Shown here piece by piece: positions 30,211 through 39,697 of a stretch of DNA of 64,000 bases (positions within the stretch are counted from its first letter, which is position 1; each line of letters opens with the position of its first letter). Source of the DNA: an uncultured Clostridium sp. (GTDB lineage Bacteria > Bacillota > Clostridia > TANB77 > CAG-508); the NCBI GenBank assembly GCA_948465565.1, contig CAOJXR010000006.1, positions 3,010-67,009 on the forward strand. The letters run 5' to 3'. Made by a program: the position numbers and the translations under genes. The notes under the pieces were generated by a model. That model did no database searches. It saw only the letters and a program-made list of their open reading frames with translations, and was not told the origin of the DNA.

Positions 30211-31659
30211 ATGGAGAAAAAGATGTTGAATGAAAAGAAAATTATTGAAGAATTAAAGAAAGGAAATCAAGATAGCTTTGGTCTTTTGTATGAGAAGTAT
30301 TCAAAAGGTGTTTATGCAGTTATTCTTAATTTTGTACATGATAGAGATGTTGCAGATGATTTACTTCAAATTACTTTTATGAAATTGTTTAAGAACATAA
30401 AACTTTACGATAGGTACAAGGGTACGTTTTATAATTTTATTTGTGCTATTGGTAAGAATACTGCTTTGGATTATTTGAAGAAAGTTAAGCGTGATGATAA
30501 GGTAGTTGATAGGAAAACTACTCTTGATGATGGTCTTATGAATTTGCTAGATGTGAAAGAAGATGTTGCTAATACAATTGAAGTAGATGAGCTTATGAAT
30601 GATCTTAGAGAAGCTGTTTGTGAGTTGGCTGAAAATCAACAGATTGCAATTAGGTTATATTGTGAAAGGGAGTTTTCATATAGAAGTGCTGCAAAGGTTA
30701 TGGGTATTTCTGAGAGTTCTTTTAAATCGATTTTGTATAGGGCTAGACAGACTCTTAAGGATAAGATTTCTGATAAATATCCAGAATTGTTTGAGGAGAT
30801 TTCGACAAGAAAGTATGTTGCTAGAATGATTGTTATGGTTATTGTTGGTTTAACTGCACTTACTGGATTGGTGTATGCTACATATATGATTTGTAATGAG
30901 ATTTGGAGTAAGAAGACTTTTACGTTATCTGAACTTAGAACTGAGGTGTCTCATGAGAATTCTATTATTTCTAAGGATGAGGCGCTTGAGAGAATTAATT
31001 TCTATCTTGATGTTCTTGGTGAGGAGAAGGCAAATGCTGATGAGTTGAAATTGATTAAGGATTATCAAGTTTATAAGGTTTGTTGGATGGTAGATAGAGA
31101 AAGCGTGCTTATTAGAATTAATTCCGAAAATGGTGAATTGGTAAGATATAGAACTAGTGTGGGAAATAGTATTCTTGATAAAATTAGTATGGAAGAACTT
31201 TATAGAAAATTGGAATTGCCAAAAGATTATGAATTATATAAAGAAGAGAATATAAATGGATTAAAGACTATTAAGTATGCTAAGAAATATGATGATATTT
31301 ATAATATTCATGAGAGTGTTACTTGTGTATTTAGAAATGATAAAATTGAATCAATTACGATTTCTAATTATCTTTATGAAAATGTAGAAGTTAATATTTC
31401 TAAAGAAAGAGCATTAGAGATAGCCAAAGAAAATGATATTGAAGTTGATACAATTGAATTAAGTATAGAGAAGATAAATGATTTAACAGAAGACTTAGTA
31501 ATAGAGGAAAGAATTGATACAATAGAGCATGAACAGTGGGAAGATGTAGAGTTATTTAATAAGGGAATAAAAATTAAGAAGGTTTGGAAAATTGTATATG
31601 ATAAAGGTATTGTTTTAATAGATGTAAAAACTGGAGAAATTATTGATAAGAGTAATTAA
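30211..31659 (+). CDS. ECF sigma-70 factor fused to TM helix and extracellular PepSY/YcdB-like domain
   Basis: Region 2 (LYEKY..VY, ADDLLQITF, IGKNTALDYLKK), region 4 (SYRSAAKVMGISESSFKSILYRAR), hydrophobic helix about aa 206-227, then ~250 aa. Confidence 0.85.
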   Translation: MEKKMLNEKKIIEELKKGNQDSFGLLYEKYSKGVYAVILNFVHDRDVADDLLQITFMKLFKNIKLYDRYKGTFYNFICAIGKNTALDYLKKVKRDDKVVDRKTTLDDGLMNLLDVKEDVANTIEVDELMNDLREAVCELAENQQIAIRLYCEREFSYRSAAKVMGISESSFKSILYRARQTLKDKISDKYPELFEEISTRKYVARMIVMVIVGLTALTGLVYATYMICNEIWSKKTFTLSELRTEVSHENSIISKDEALERINFYLDVLGEEKANADELKLIKDYQVYKVCWMVDRESVLIRINSENGELVRYRTSVGNSILDKISMEELYRKLELPKDYELYKEENINGLKTIKYAKKYDDIYNIHESVTCVFRNDKIESITISNYLYENVEVNISKERALEIAKENDIEVDTIELSIEKINDLTEDLVIEERIDTIEHEQWEDVELFNKGIKIKKVWKIVYDKGIVLIDVKTGEIIDKSN

Positions 31660-31674
31660 ATAGTAGTGAGATTT

Positions 31675-31723
31675 TGAACTGAACCCAAAATGTTAGAAAA
31701 AAGTTTAACATTTTGGGTTTTAC
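31675..31723. repeat. IS3/IS150-like terminal inverted-repeat remnant forming a hairpin between convergent genes
   Basis: TGAACTGAACCCAAAATGTTAGA followed by near-complement TTTAACATTTTGGGTT; no transposase. Confidence 0.55.
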
Positions 31724-31727
31724 ATAT

Positions 31728-32342
31728 TTATCTAGCTACTCCTGTATAAGTGCTAGAACCAAATACTCTTATTGGAGCAGAGTTTGAACCTGAAACGCAT
31801 GCAGCAGCATTTACTGCACAAGATACAATGCTAGAACCACGTCCTACTTCTTCTAACCAAAAATAGTAATTGAAAGTTTCAGCATTACCATAACTTACAA
31901 CGTCATGCCAACCAACGAAAACTCTGTTAGCAATGTTTGTAGTATGGAGAGCATTAGATAAAGTATAATCTCTTGCACTTTCAGAGCTATCTATGAAAAC
32001 AAAATCCCAATATCCTGAAAGGTCAGATGCTGAAATATTGTTTCTATAATAGTCTATGAAATACCCTTGTCCACCTAGTCCATGATAGTATAATCCATAA
32101 TTATTATCTGTACGGCTTATATATTGTAACATTTCTGATTTTGTAATAGTACCTGCTGCAGAAGTACAAGGATAATATCCTAGTTTATTTAATCCACTTG
32201 AAGCATAAGCAGCACAGTTTTTGTAAACTGGACTTAATCCATTAGAAAATACCTTAGCTTCTGCACTTGCGTGACAAGTTGTGCTTAATAGTCCTAACAA
32301 AAGAATTATAATAGATATACATGGTATTAATTTTTTATTCAT
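31728..32342 (-). CDS. secreted protein with caspase-hemoglobinase-like (C25/CHAT/DUF6345-like) pattern, dyad substituted
   Basis: Signal peptide; LNKLGY, YYHGLG, FVFIDSSES, VFVGW..VV, F..YFW. Confidence 0.55.
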   Translation of the reverse strand: MNKKLIPCISIIILLLGLLSTTCHASAEAKVFSNGLSPVYKNCAAYASSGLNKLGYYPCTSAAGTITKSEMLQYISRTDNNYGLYYHGLGGQGYFIDYYRNNISASDLSGYWDFVFIDSSESARDYTLSNALHTTNIANRVFVGWHDVVSYGNAETFNYYFWLEEVGRGSSIVSCAVNAAACVSGSNSAPIRVFGSSTYTGVAR

Positions 32343-33129
32343 TTATAAGGTCACCTCCAATTACAGTGTTTTCAGTTGCATCTACATATATTGTAGATTT
32401 ATCTGTTTTTTCTAATACCCAAGATGTATGGATTGATTTATCTTTATTTTTTTCGTTATATGTTTTATTTGCTTTTTCCATAGTTAATTCAGAAGAAACT
32501 ATTTCAGATGGGTCGATATTTAAAGTTTTTGCTGCTGTTTGAATTGCTTCTTCAGCTGTTACAGATACTTCAGATGAATCATGACCTTCATTAAATACTG
32601 TTAAAGCACAAATTTCACCGTTTTCAGGGATAAAGAATGTTTTAACAGCTTCATATTTATTATAAATTCCATTATAATTCTTTTGGAAATCTGCTTCCCA
32701 CATTCCATTAAAAAATGGCTCTAAATAAACTAATTCATAATCAGCTGGTAAATTTAATTCTGTATATTTTTCCATGATTACTTCGCGTGCAAAGTCCTTA
32801 GTTGCAGAAACTCTTGCTGTTACAGGTGAGATAGATTTGCTGTAAATTCCAACTAAATTGTTGTTACTGTCAAATTCAATATTGTATTTTTGATTTGATA
32901 CTTCATAAATATCTTCATCTTTTAATTGATTATATTTTACTCTTGTAGCTGTTATAGCTTCTGTTTGATCTAATATTGATAAAATATCTGATGAAGTATT
33001 TACCATTTCAGCAGATACCATTTTTTCTTCTACTTTTTCTGTAGGAATAGCAGTCATGGCGTATGCACAAACTGCTGTTAAAATTAATAGAATACTAGTT
33101 AAAACAAGTATTTTTATGTTACGTTTCAT
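32335..33129 (-). CDS. secreted PepSY/YcdB-like protein
   Basis: Signal peptide ending AYA; VTAEEAIQTA, SW, IYVDATENTVIG; SD GGAGG. Confidence 0.7.
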   Translation of the reverse strand: MKRNIKILVLTSILLILTAVCAYAMTAIPTEKVEEKMVSAEMVNTSSDILSILDQTEAITATRVKYNQLKDEDIYEVSNQKYNIEFDSNNNLVGIYSKSISPVTARVSATKDFAREVIMEKYTELNLPADYELVYLEPFFNGMWEADFQKNYNGIYNKYEAVKTFFIPENGEICALTVFNEGHDSSEVSVTAEEAIQTAAKTLNIDPSEIVSSELTMEKANKTYNEKNKDKSIHTSWVLEKTDKSTIYVDATENTVIGGDLINE

Positions 33130-33354
33130 GTAAACCTCCAAATAAAAATTATATAGCTATATTCGAAGTGTAATATATTATAATATGACTACATATGCTA
33201 GTTAATAGAGGGAATATTCTATGAAATAAGTATTTGATTTCTAGGTGAAACTTAAATACAATTTAAGGAAACATGATAAATTTTTATATTGTAAATTTTA
33301 TAAATAAGTACACATAAAAGATGAAAATAATTTTATTTTGTAAACTATAAAAAT

Positions 33355-33577
33355 ATACCCACAAGGGTTTGTGAATAACTATGTCGAAAAATAGTAGTAA
33401 AATAGGCTATCAACAGAGTTATCCACTTTATCCACAGGTACCAGATGTTTACAGAAATATTACAAACGGTTTACGTAAAAACAGAAAAGCTAGTGTTTTG
33501 GCTATTTACATGAATAATATAATGTTACTATATTATTTCTTTTGCAATAATATCAAAGTATTGAGAAGTTATCCACA
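33355..33577. promoter_or_regulatory. DnaA-box cluster
   Basis: TGTGAATAA 33370, TTATCCACT 33419, TTATCCACA 33428 and 33569, plus degenerate boxes at 33355 and 33407. Confidence 0.75.
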
Positions 33578-33605
33578 TGTGTCGATGGATTATTGATTAA
33601 TAGCA

Positions 33606-33634
33606 TTGACAAAAATAAAAAAGTGTATTAAAAT
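33606..33634 (+). promoter_or_regulatory. sigma-A promoter of glyQS leader
   Basis: TTGACA-17bp-TAAAAT. Confidence 0.8.
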
Positions 33635-33650
33635 ATCGTCATGTTAATAT

Positions 33651-33839
33651 TGCGTTGATGAAGAGCAAATATATATTTTTGTCTATAGAGAGCTAGGGTA
33701 GGTGAAAGCTAGTGTCAGAGAGTATAGGAGGGAGCTTCGGAGCAAATTTTTAATTAAGGTGGATTATTTAATAATCAATTAGGGTGGAACCGCGGAGTAC
33801 AGAGTCTTCGTCCCTTTGCAGGGATTGAGGCTCTTTTTG
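33651..33839 (+). promoter_or_regulatory. Gly T-box riboswitch (specifier GGA at 33731-33733)
   Basis: AGAGAG/GGTGAAA apex, T-box AGGGTGGAACCGCG at 33781, terminator with T-tract. Confidence 0.93.
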
Positions 33840-33883
33840 TATGCTTTATTAATCCCTAGAATATTGTTGAGGAGGATATAGAT

Positions 33884-35266
33884 ATGGTAGAATCTATGGA
33901 AGAAATTGTTAACCTTTGTAAAGCAAGAGGTTATGTGTATGCTGGTTCTGAAATTTATGGAGGACTTGCAAATACTTGGGATTACGGTCCTTTAGGAGTT
34001 GAATTTAAAAATAATATTAAGGCTGCTTGGAGAAAAAAGTTTATTCAAGAATCTAAATATAATGTAGGTTTAGATTCAGCTATTTTAATGAATCCACAAA
34101 CTTGGGTTGCTTCTGGGCATGTTGGAGGATTTTCAGATCCATTAATTGATTGTAAAGAATGTAAAACTAGACATAGAGCGGATAAATTAATTGAAGAATG
34201 GGCTCACGACAATAGAAGAGATATGATTGCTGATGGTATGACTGATGAAGAGTTAGTTAATTTTATTAAGGAAAATAATATTCCTTGTCCTGATTGTGGT
34301 AAAACTAATTTTACAGATATTCGCAAATTTAATTTGATGTTTAAGACTTTTCAAGGTGTAACAGAAGATGCTAAATCAGAGATTTATTTAAGACCTGAGA
34401 CTGCACAAGGTATTTTCGTAAATTTTAAAAATGTACTTCGTACAACAAGAAGAAAGATGCCAATGGGTATTGCTCAGATTGGTAAGTCTTTTAGAAATGA
34501 GATTACACCTGGAAACTTTACTTTTAGAACTAGAGAGTTTGAGCAAATGGAGCTTGAATTTTTCTGTAAACCAGGTACTGATTTAGAGTGGCATGCTTAT
34601 TGGAAAGAATTTTGTGAAAATTGGCTTTTGAATTTGGGTATGAAAAAAGAGAATATTCGTTTAAGAGACCATTCACCAGAGGAATTATCTCATTATAGTA
34701 ATGCTACTACTGATATTGAGTTTTTATTCCCATTTGGTTGGGGTGAATTATGGGGAATTGCTGATAGAACTGACTTTGACTTAAGTCAACATCAAGAATT
34801 TTCTAAACAAGATATGTCTTATTTAGACCAAGAGAGTGGTGAAAAATATGTACCATATTGTATTGAGCCATCACTTGGTGCTGATAGAGTTGCACTTGCT
34901 TTCTTGTGCAATAGCTATGAGAAAGAGGAAGTTGCAGAAGGAGATGTTAGAACTGTTCTTAAATTGCATCCAGCACTTGCACCATATAAAGTTGCTGTTT
35001 TACCTTTATCTAAAAAGTTAAGTGATAAGGCACTTGAGGTATGTGAAAGATTGTCTAAATCTTTTATGTGTGATTATGATGAGGCTGGAAGTATTGGTAA
35101 GAGATATAGAAGAGAAGATGAGATTGGTACACCATATTGCGTAACTATTGATTTTGATACTTTAGAGGATGAGTCTGTTACTATAAGAGATAGAGATACT
35201 ATGGAACAAGTTAGAGTTAAGATTGATGAGTTAGAGAAGTGGATTGCAGAAAAAATTGAATTTTAA
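33884..35266 (+). CDS. glyQS: glycine--tRNA ligase (alpha2 homodimeric type)
   Basis: [45 protein letters not shown]; upstream Gly T-box. Confidence 0.96.
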   Translation: MVESMEEIVNLCKARGYVYAGSEIYGGLANTWDYGPLGVEFKNNIKAAWRKKFIQESKYNVGLDSAILMNPQTWVASGHVGGFSDPLIDCKECKTRHRADKLIEEWAHDNRRDMIADGMTDEELVNFIKENNIPCPDCGKTNFTDIRKFNLMFKTFQGVTEDAKSEIYLRPETAQGIFVNFKNVLRTTRRKMPMGIAQIGKSFRNEITPGNFTFRTREFEQMELEFFCKPGTDLEWHAYWKEFCENWLLNLGMKKENIRLRDHSPEELSHYSNATTDIEFLFPFGWGELWGIADRTDFDLSQHQEFSKQDMSYLDQESGEKYVPYCIEPSLGADRVALAFLCNSYEKEEVAEGDVRTVLKLHPALAPYKVAVLPLSKKLSDKALEVCERLSKSFMCDYDEAGSIGKRYRREDEIGTPYCVTIDFDTLEDESVTIRDRDTMEQVRVKIDELEKWIAEKIEF

Positions 35267-35277
35267 TAGGAGAAAAT

Positions 35278-35307
35278 ATGTTGTTAAATAAGCGATGGTG
35301 TATTTAA
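35278..35307 (+). other. putative trpS leader peptide MLLNKRWCI
   Basis: SD AGGAG at 35268-35272; contains CGA-TGG; overlaps a 13-bp hairpin abutting the trpS SD. Confidence 0.4.
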
Positions 35308-35347
35308 TTTATTTTGAATAATAAATTAAATAAAGGAGATTTTATAT

Positions 35348-36373
35348 ATGAGTAATAAAATAATTTTAACAGGTGATAGACCTACAGGTAGACTTCATAT
35401 TGGTCATTATTTTGGGTCTTTGATAAATAGAGTTCGTATGCAAGATGAGGTTGATGAGTGTTATATTTTGGTTGCAGACGTGCAAGCGTTGACAGATAAT
35501 TTTAATAATCCAGAAAAGATTAGAAAGAATGTTAGAGAGGTTGTTATTGATTATTTATCTGTAGGAATTGATCCTAAAAAAGCAACTATTTATTTACAAT
35601 CAATGATTCCAGAGGTTGCAGAGCTTACAGTTTTTTATTCTAATTTGGTTACAATTGCTAGATTGGAGAGAAATCCTACAGTTAAGACTGAAATTGCACA
35701 GAAAAGAGAGCTTTTTGGTGAGAGTGTAACGTATGGCTTTTTGGGATATCCTGTTAATCAAGCTGCCGATATTACTGCTTTTGACGCAACTATTGTTCCA
35801 GTTGGAGAAGACCAGATACCATTAATTGAACAATGTAGGGAAATTGTTAGAAAATTTAATAGTATATATGGCGAAGTTTTGAGAGAACCAGAGGCTTATT
35901 TATCTAATGCTAAGCGAATTAAAGGGCTTGATGGAAATGAGAAAATGGGAAAATCTCTTGGTAATGCAATTTATTTGTCTGATTCAGAAGATGAAATAAA
36001 TAGAAAAGTTATGAGTGCAGTTACTGACCCTAATAGAATTAGAAAGGATGATAAAGGAAATCCAGATGTTTGTATGGTTGCATATTATCATAATTTGTTT
36101 AGTTCTAAAGATGAATGTGAGCATGTTTGCAGCGAATGTAGGGCAGGTGCTAGAGGATGTGTTGCTTGTAAAAAACAACTTGCACATAATATTACAGAGT
36201 TTTTGAGACCTATGAGAGAAAAAAGAGAATATTATGAGAGTCATCCTGAATTAGTTGATGAAATTTTGATAGATGGTACTAAAAAGGCTAGAGCAAAGGT
36301 TAAGGAGACAATGAAAAAAGTTAAAGAGGCAATGAAACTAGATTATTTTGAAGGTGATATTTTTGAAAAATAG
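35348..36373 (+). CDS. trpS: tryptophan--tRNA ligase
   Basis: TGDRPTGRLHIGH, YPVNQAADI, VPVGEDQ, KMGKS. Confidence 0.96.
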   Translation: MSNKIILTGDRPTGRLHIGHYFGSLINRVRMQDEVDECYILVADVQALTDNFNNPEKIRKNVREVVIDYLSVGIDPKKATIYLQSMIPEVAELTVFYSNLVTIARLERNPTVKTEIAQKRELFGESVTYGFLGYPVNQAADITAFDATIVPVGEDQIPLIEQCREIVRKFNSIYGEVLREPEAYLSNAKRIKGLDGNEKMGKSLGNAIYLSDSEDEINRKVMSAVTDPNRIRKDDKGNPDVCMVAYYHNLFSSKDECEHVCSECRAGARGCVACKKQLAHNITEFLRPMREKREYYESHPELVDEILIDGTKKARAKVKETMKKVKEAMKLDYFEGDIFEK

Positions 36374-36385
36374 ATTGTTTCGTAA

Positions 36386-37682
<1,297 letters not shown>

Positions 37683-37684
<2 letters not shown>

Positions 37685-37718
37685 AAAAAACTTTGCAGGA
37701 ATGCAAAGTTTTTTTTTT
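37683..37718. terminator. bidirectional terminator
   Basis: A8-CTTTGCA-GGAA-TGCAAAG-T10. Confidence 0.8.
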
Positions 37719-37764
37719 ACATAAAATTTGAAAATTTATCTGAAAATGAAAAAACTTTCATTTT

Positions 37765-38634
37765 TTACTCTTTATTTTCACCGAAATTGAAACTTGTTTT
37801 TACTAGATTAACTATTTTTGTAAAAGCAAGTTTTACATTTTTAAATAATGTACCAACAAAAGAAAATGTATTTGTTAAATAGTTTGTTGGTTTTTTTATT
37901 AATGATTTTTCTTCTATATTTTCAACAATTTTTGGGACAGGCTGTGTAATTGAATTTACATATACAGAGCCAGCGGTTACTTTGTTTTCATCAAATGCTG
38001 TGACTGAATTTTCTTTTGCTTTTGATGTGATTTCTGCAAATGTTTCAGTGTGGTTTTGAACTTCTGGAGTTTTTACAACTGTGTTTGAAACAACATTTTC
38101 ATTATTTGTATTTAAATTTATTTGTGTGATTATTGTATTATCTGGAATTGCTTGTTTAGTTATATTTTCTAAATCTACTGTCTGATATAATTCTACAGGA
38201 TGAGATGATATAACTGATGTTTCGAATAATTCATTAGTATTATATTCAGGTGTAGAAGTAGTTTCTTCAGTAAGTATTTCGAAAGTTATTTCATTGCTTG
38301 TATTTGATATTGGTTCAAAAGATAGAACTGATGCAGTTTCTTCAATTGGTAATATGTAATTTTGATTATTATTGTTATCCCAAGTTCCAGCACTATTTTT
38401 AAAGCAGAATTGTAGTTCTTTTCCATAACCAATTTCAAGTGTTGCTAAGTATCCAAATGTTGAAGGTTTCATCTTTATTTCATTTTTGTTTTCCCACATA
38501 TTGCCATAACCGTATGTGATGTAAACATCATCAGTTAATGTGTTTGAAAATAAGAAACCTTTATATAATATAACTATTTCAGAATTTTCGTAAATTTTAT
38601 CTTTATTAATGTATATATCTTTTGTAAAATCCAT
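37765..38634 (-). CDS. starch-binding-type CBM (CBM53/CBM25-like) protein with acidic low-complexity tail
   Basis: YGYGNMW, LQFCFKN..GTWDNNNNQNY. Confidence 0.7.
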   Translation of the reverse strand: MDFTKDIYINKDKIYENSEIVILYKGFLFSNTLTDDVYITYGYGNMWENKNEIKMKPSTFGYLATLEIGYGKELQFCFKNSAGTWDNNNNQNYILPIEETASVLSFEPISNTSNEITFEILTEETTSTPEYNTNELFETSVISSHPVELYQTVDLENITKQAIPDNTIITQINLNTNNENVVSNTVVKTPEVQNHTETFAEITSKAKENSVTAFDENKVTAGSVYVNSITQPVPKIVENIEEKSLIKKPTNYLTNTFSFVGTLFKNVKLAFTKIVNLVKTSFNFGENKE

Positions 38635-38785
38635 ATTTTTCTCCTAAATATAATATTTATATTGATTATAATATTTAAAATTATCTTTTTCAACAAAATC
38701 TTTTATCAAAAATATAAAGTTTTTGTTACAAAATTACAGAAATATGACAATAATAATTATCTGAAATAAAAAAATGGAAAAATCA

Positions 38786-38825
38786 AGAACTTTTGTTTGA
38801 CAAACAAAAGATTATATGGTATTAT
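38786..38825 (+). promoter_or_regulatory. SOS (LexA) box overlapping the lexA -35 element
   Basis: AGAAC-TTTT-GTTTG (Firmicutes GAAC-N4-GTTY) at 38786-38799; TTGACA 38797-17bp-TATTAT. Confidence 0.8.
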
Positions 38826-38858
38826 CATTTCGAAAAAGAAAATATAGGAGTGATGAAA

Positions 38859-39521
38859 GTGAAGAAAAAAGACCCTAACATGCTAAATAAAAGAGAAAAA
38901 TCAATATTAAAATTTATCGAAAAACAAATAAAATTAAAAGGATATCCACCTTCTGTTAGAGAAATTGGAAAAGCTGTTGATTTAAAATCTACTGCAACAG
39001 TTCATGGATATTTAAATCAATTAGAACAAAAAGGATATATTAAAAAAGAACAACAAAAAGGAAGAACTTTAAAATTATTGAAAGGTGGAGCTCTTGAAAA
39101 TCAAGAGACATTTACACCAAGTGATAAACCTGTTTATACAGAGAAGGAATTAGTTGAGGTTCCTGTAATTGGTAAGATTACTGCTGGTGCACCAATACTT
39201 GCAGTTGAGAATGTAACAGATACTTTCCCAATTCCAATAGATTTTGTTGGAAATAGTGAAAGTTTTATGCTTACTGTTAGAGGAGAAAGTATGATAGAAG
39301 CTGGAATTTTGGATGGAGACTATATATTAGTTAAAAAACAAAATGTGGCTATGAATGGAGAAATAGTAGTTGCTTTAATAGGAGATGAAGCAACGGTAAA
39401 AACTTTCTATAAGGAAAAGGATCATATTAGATTACAACCAGAGAATTCAACTATGGATCCAATTATTGTTCCAGATTGTCAAATACTTGGTAAAGTTGCT
39501 GGTGTATTTAGAAAAATGTAG
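38859..39521 (+). CDS. lexA: SOS repressor LexA
   Basis: [21 protein letters not shown] cleavage site, [13 protein letters not shown]. Confidence 0.96.
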   Translation: MKKKDPNMLNKREKSILKFIEKQIKLKGYPPSVREIGKAVDLKSTATVHGYLNQLEQKGYIKKEQQKGRTLKLLKGGALENQETFTPSDKPVYTEKELVEVPVIGKITAGAPILAVENVTDTFPIPIDFVGNSESFMLTVRGESMIEAGILDGDYILVKKQNVAMNGEIVVALIGDEATVKTFYKEKDHIRLQPENSTMDPIIVPDCQILGKVAGVFRKM

Positions 39522-39697
39522 TTAGTAGTGGGTAGAATTACACAATAAAAAGATGCATATAAAATGGGCTATTGTATATGGCTTGTTTTATATGCATTTT
39601 TTGATTAATCCAGATATAATTTTTAATGATAAAAAGATAATCTCTTTAGTTATTATTGAATTATTATGTCTAAAATAATTATTATGGTTATATAAAT

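Noticed and set aside
33381-33596. 71-aa ORF
   Set aside because: It runs across the DnaA boxes, has no SD and no recognisable protein features.
33141-33600. Replication origin (oriC)
   Set aside because: No dnaA-region genes nearby and no switch in gene orientation or G-richness across the site; kept only as a DnaA-box cluster.
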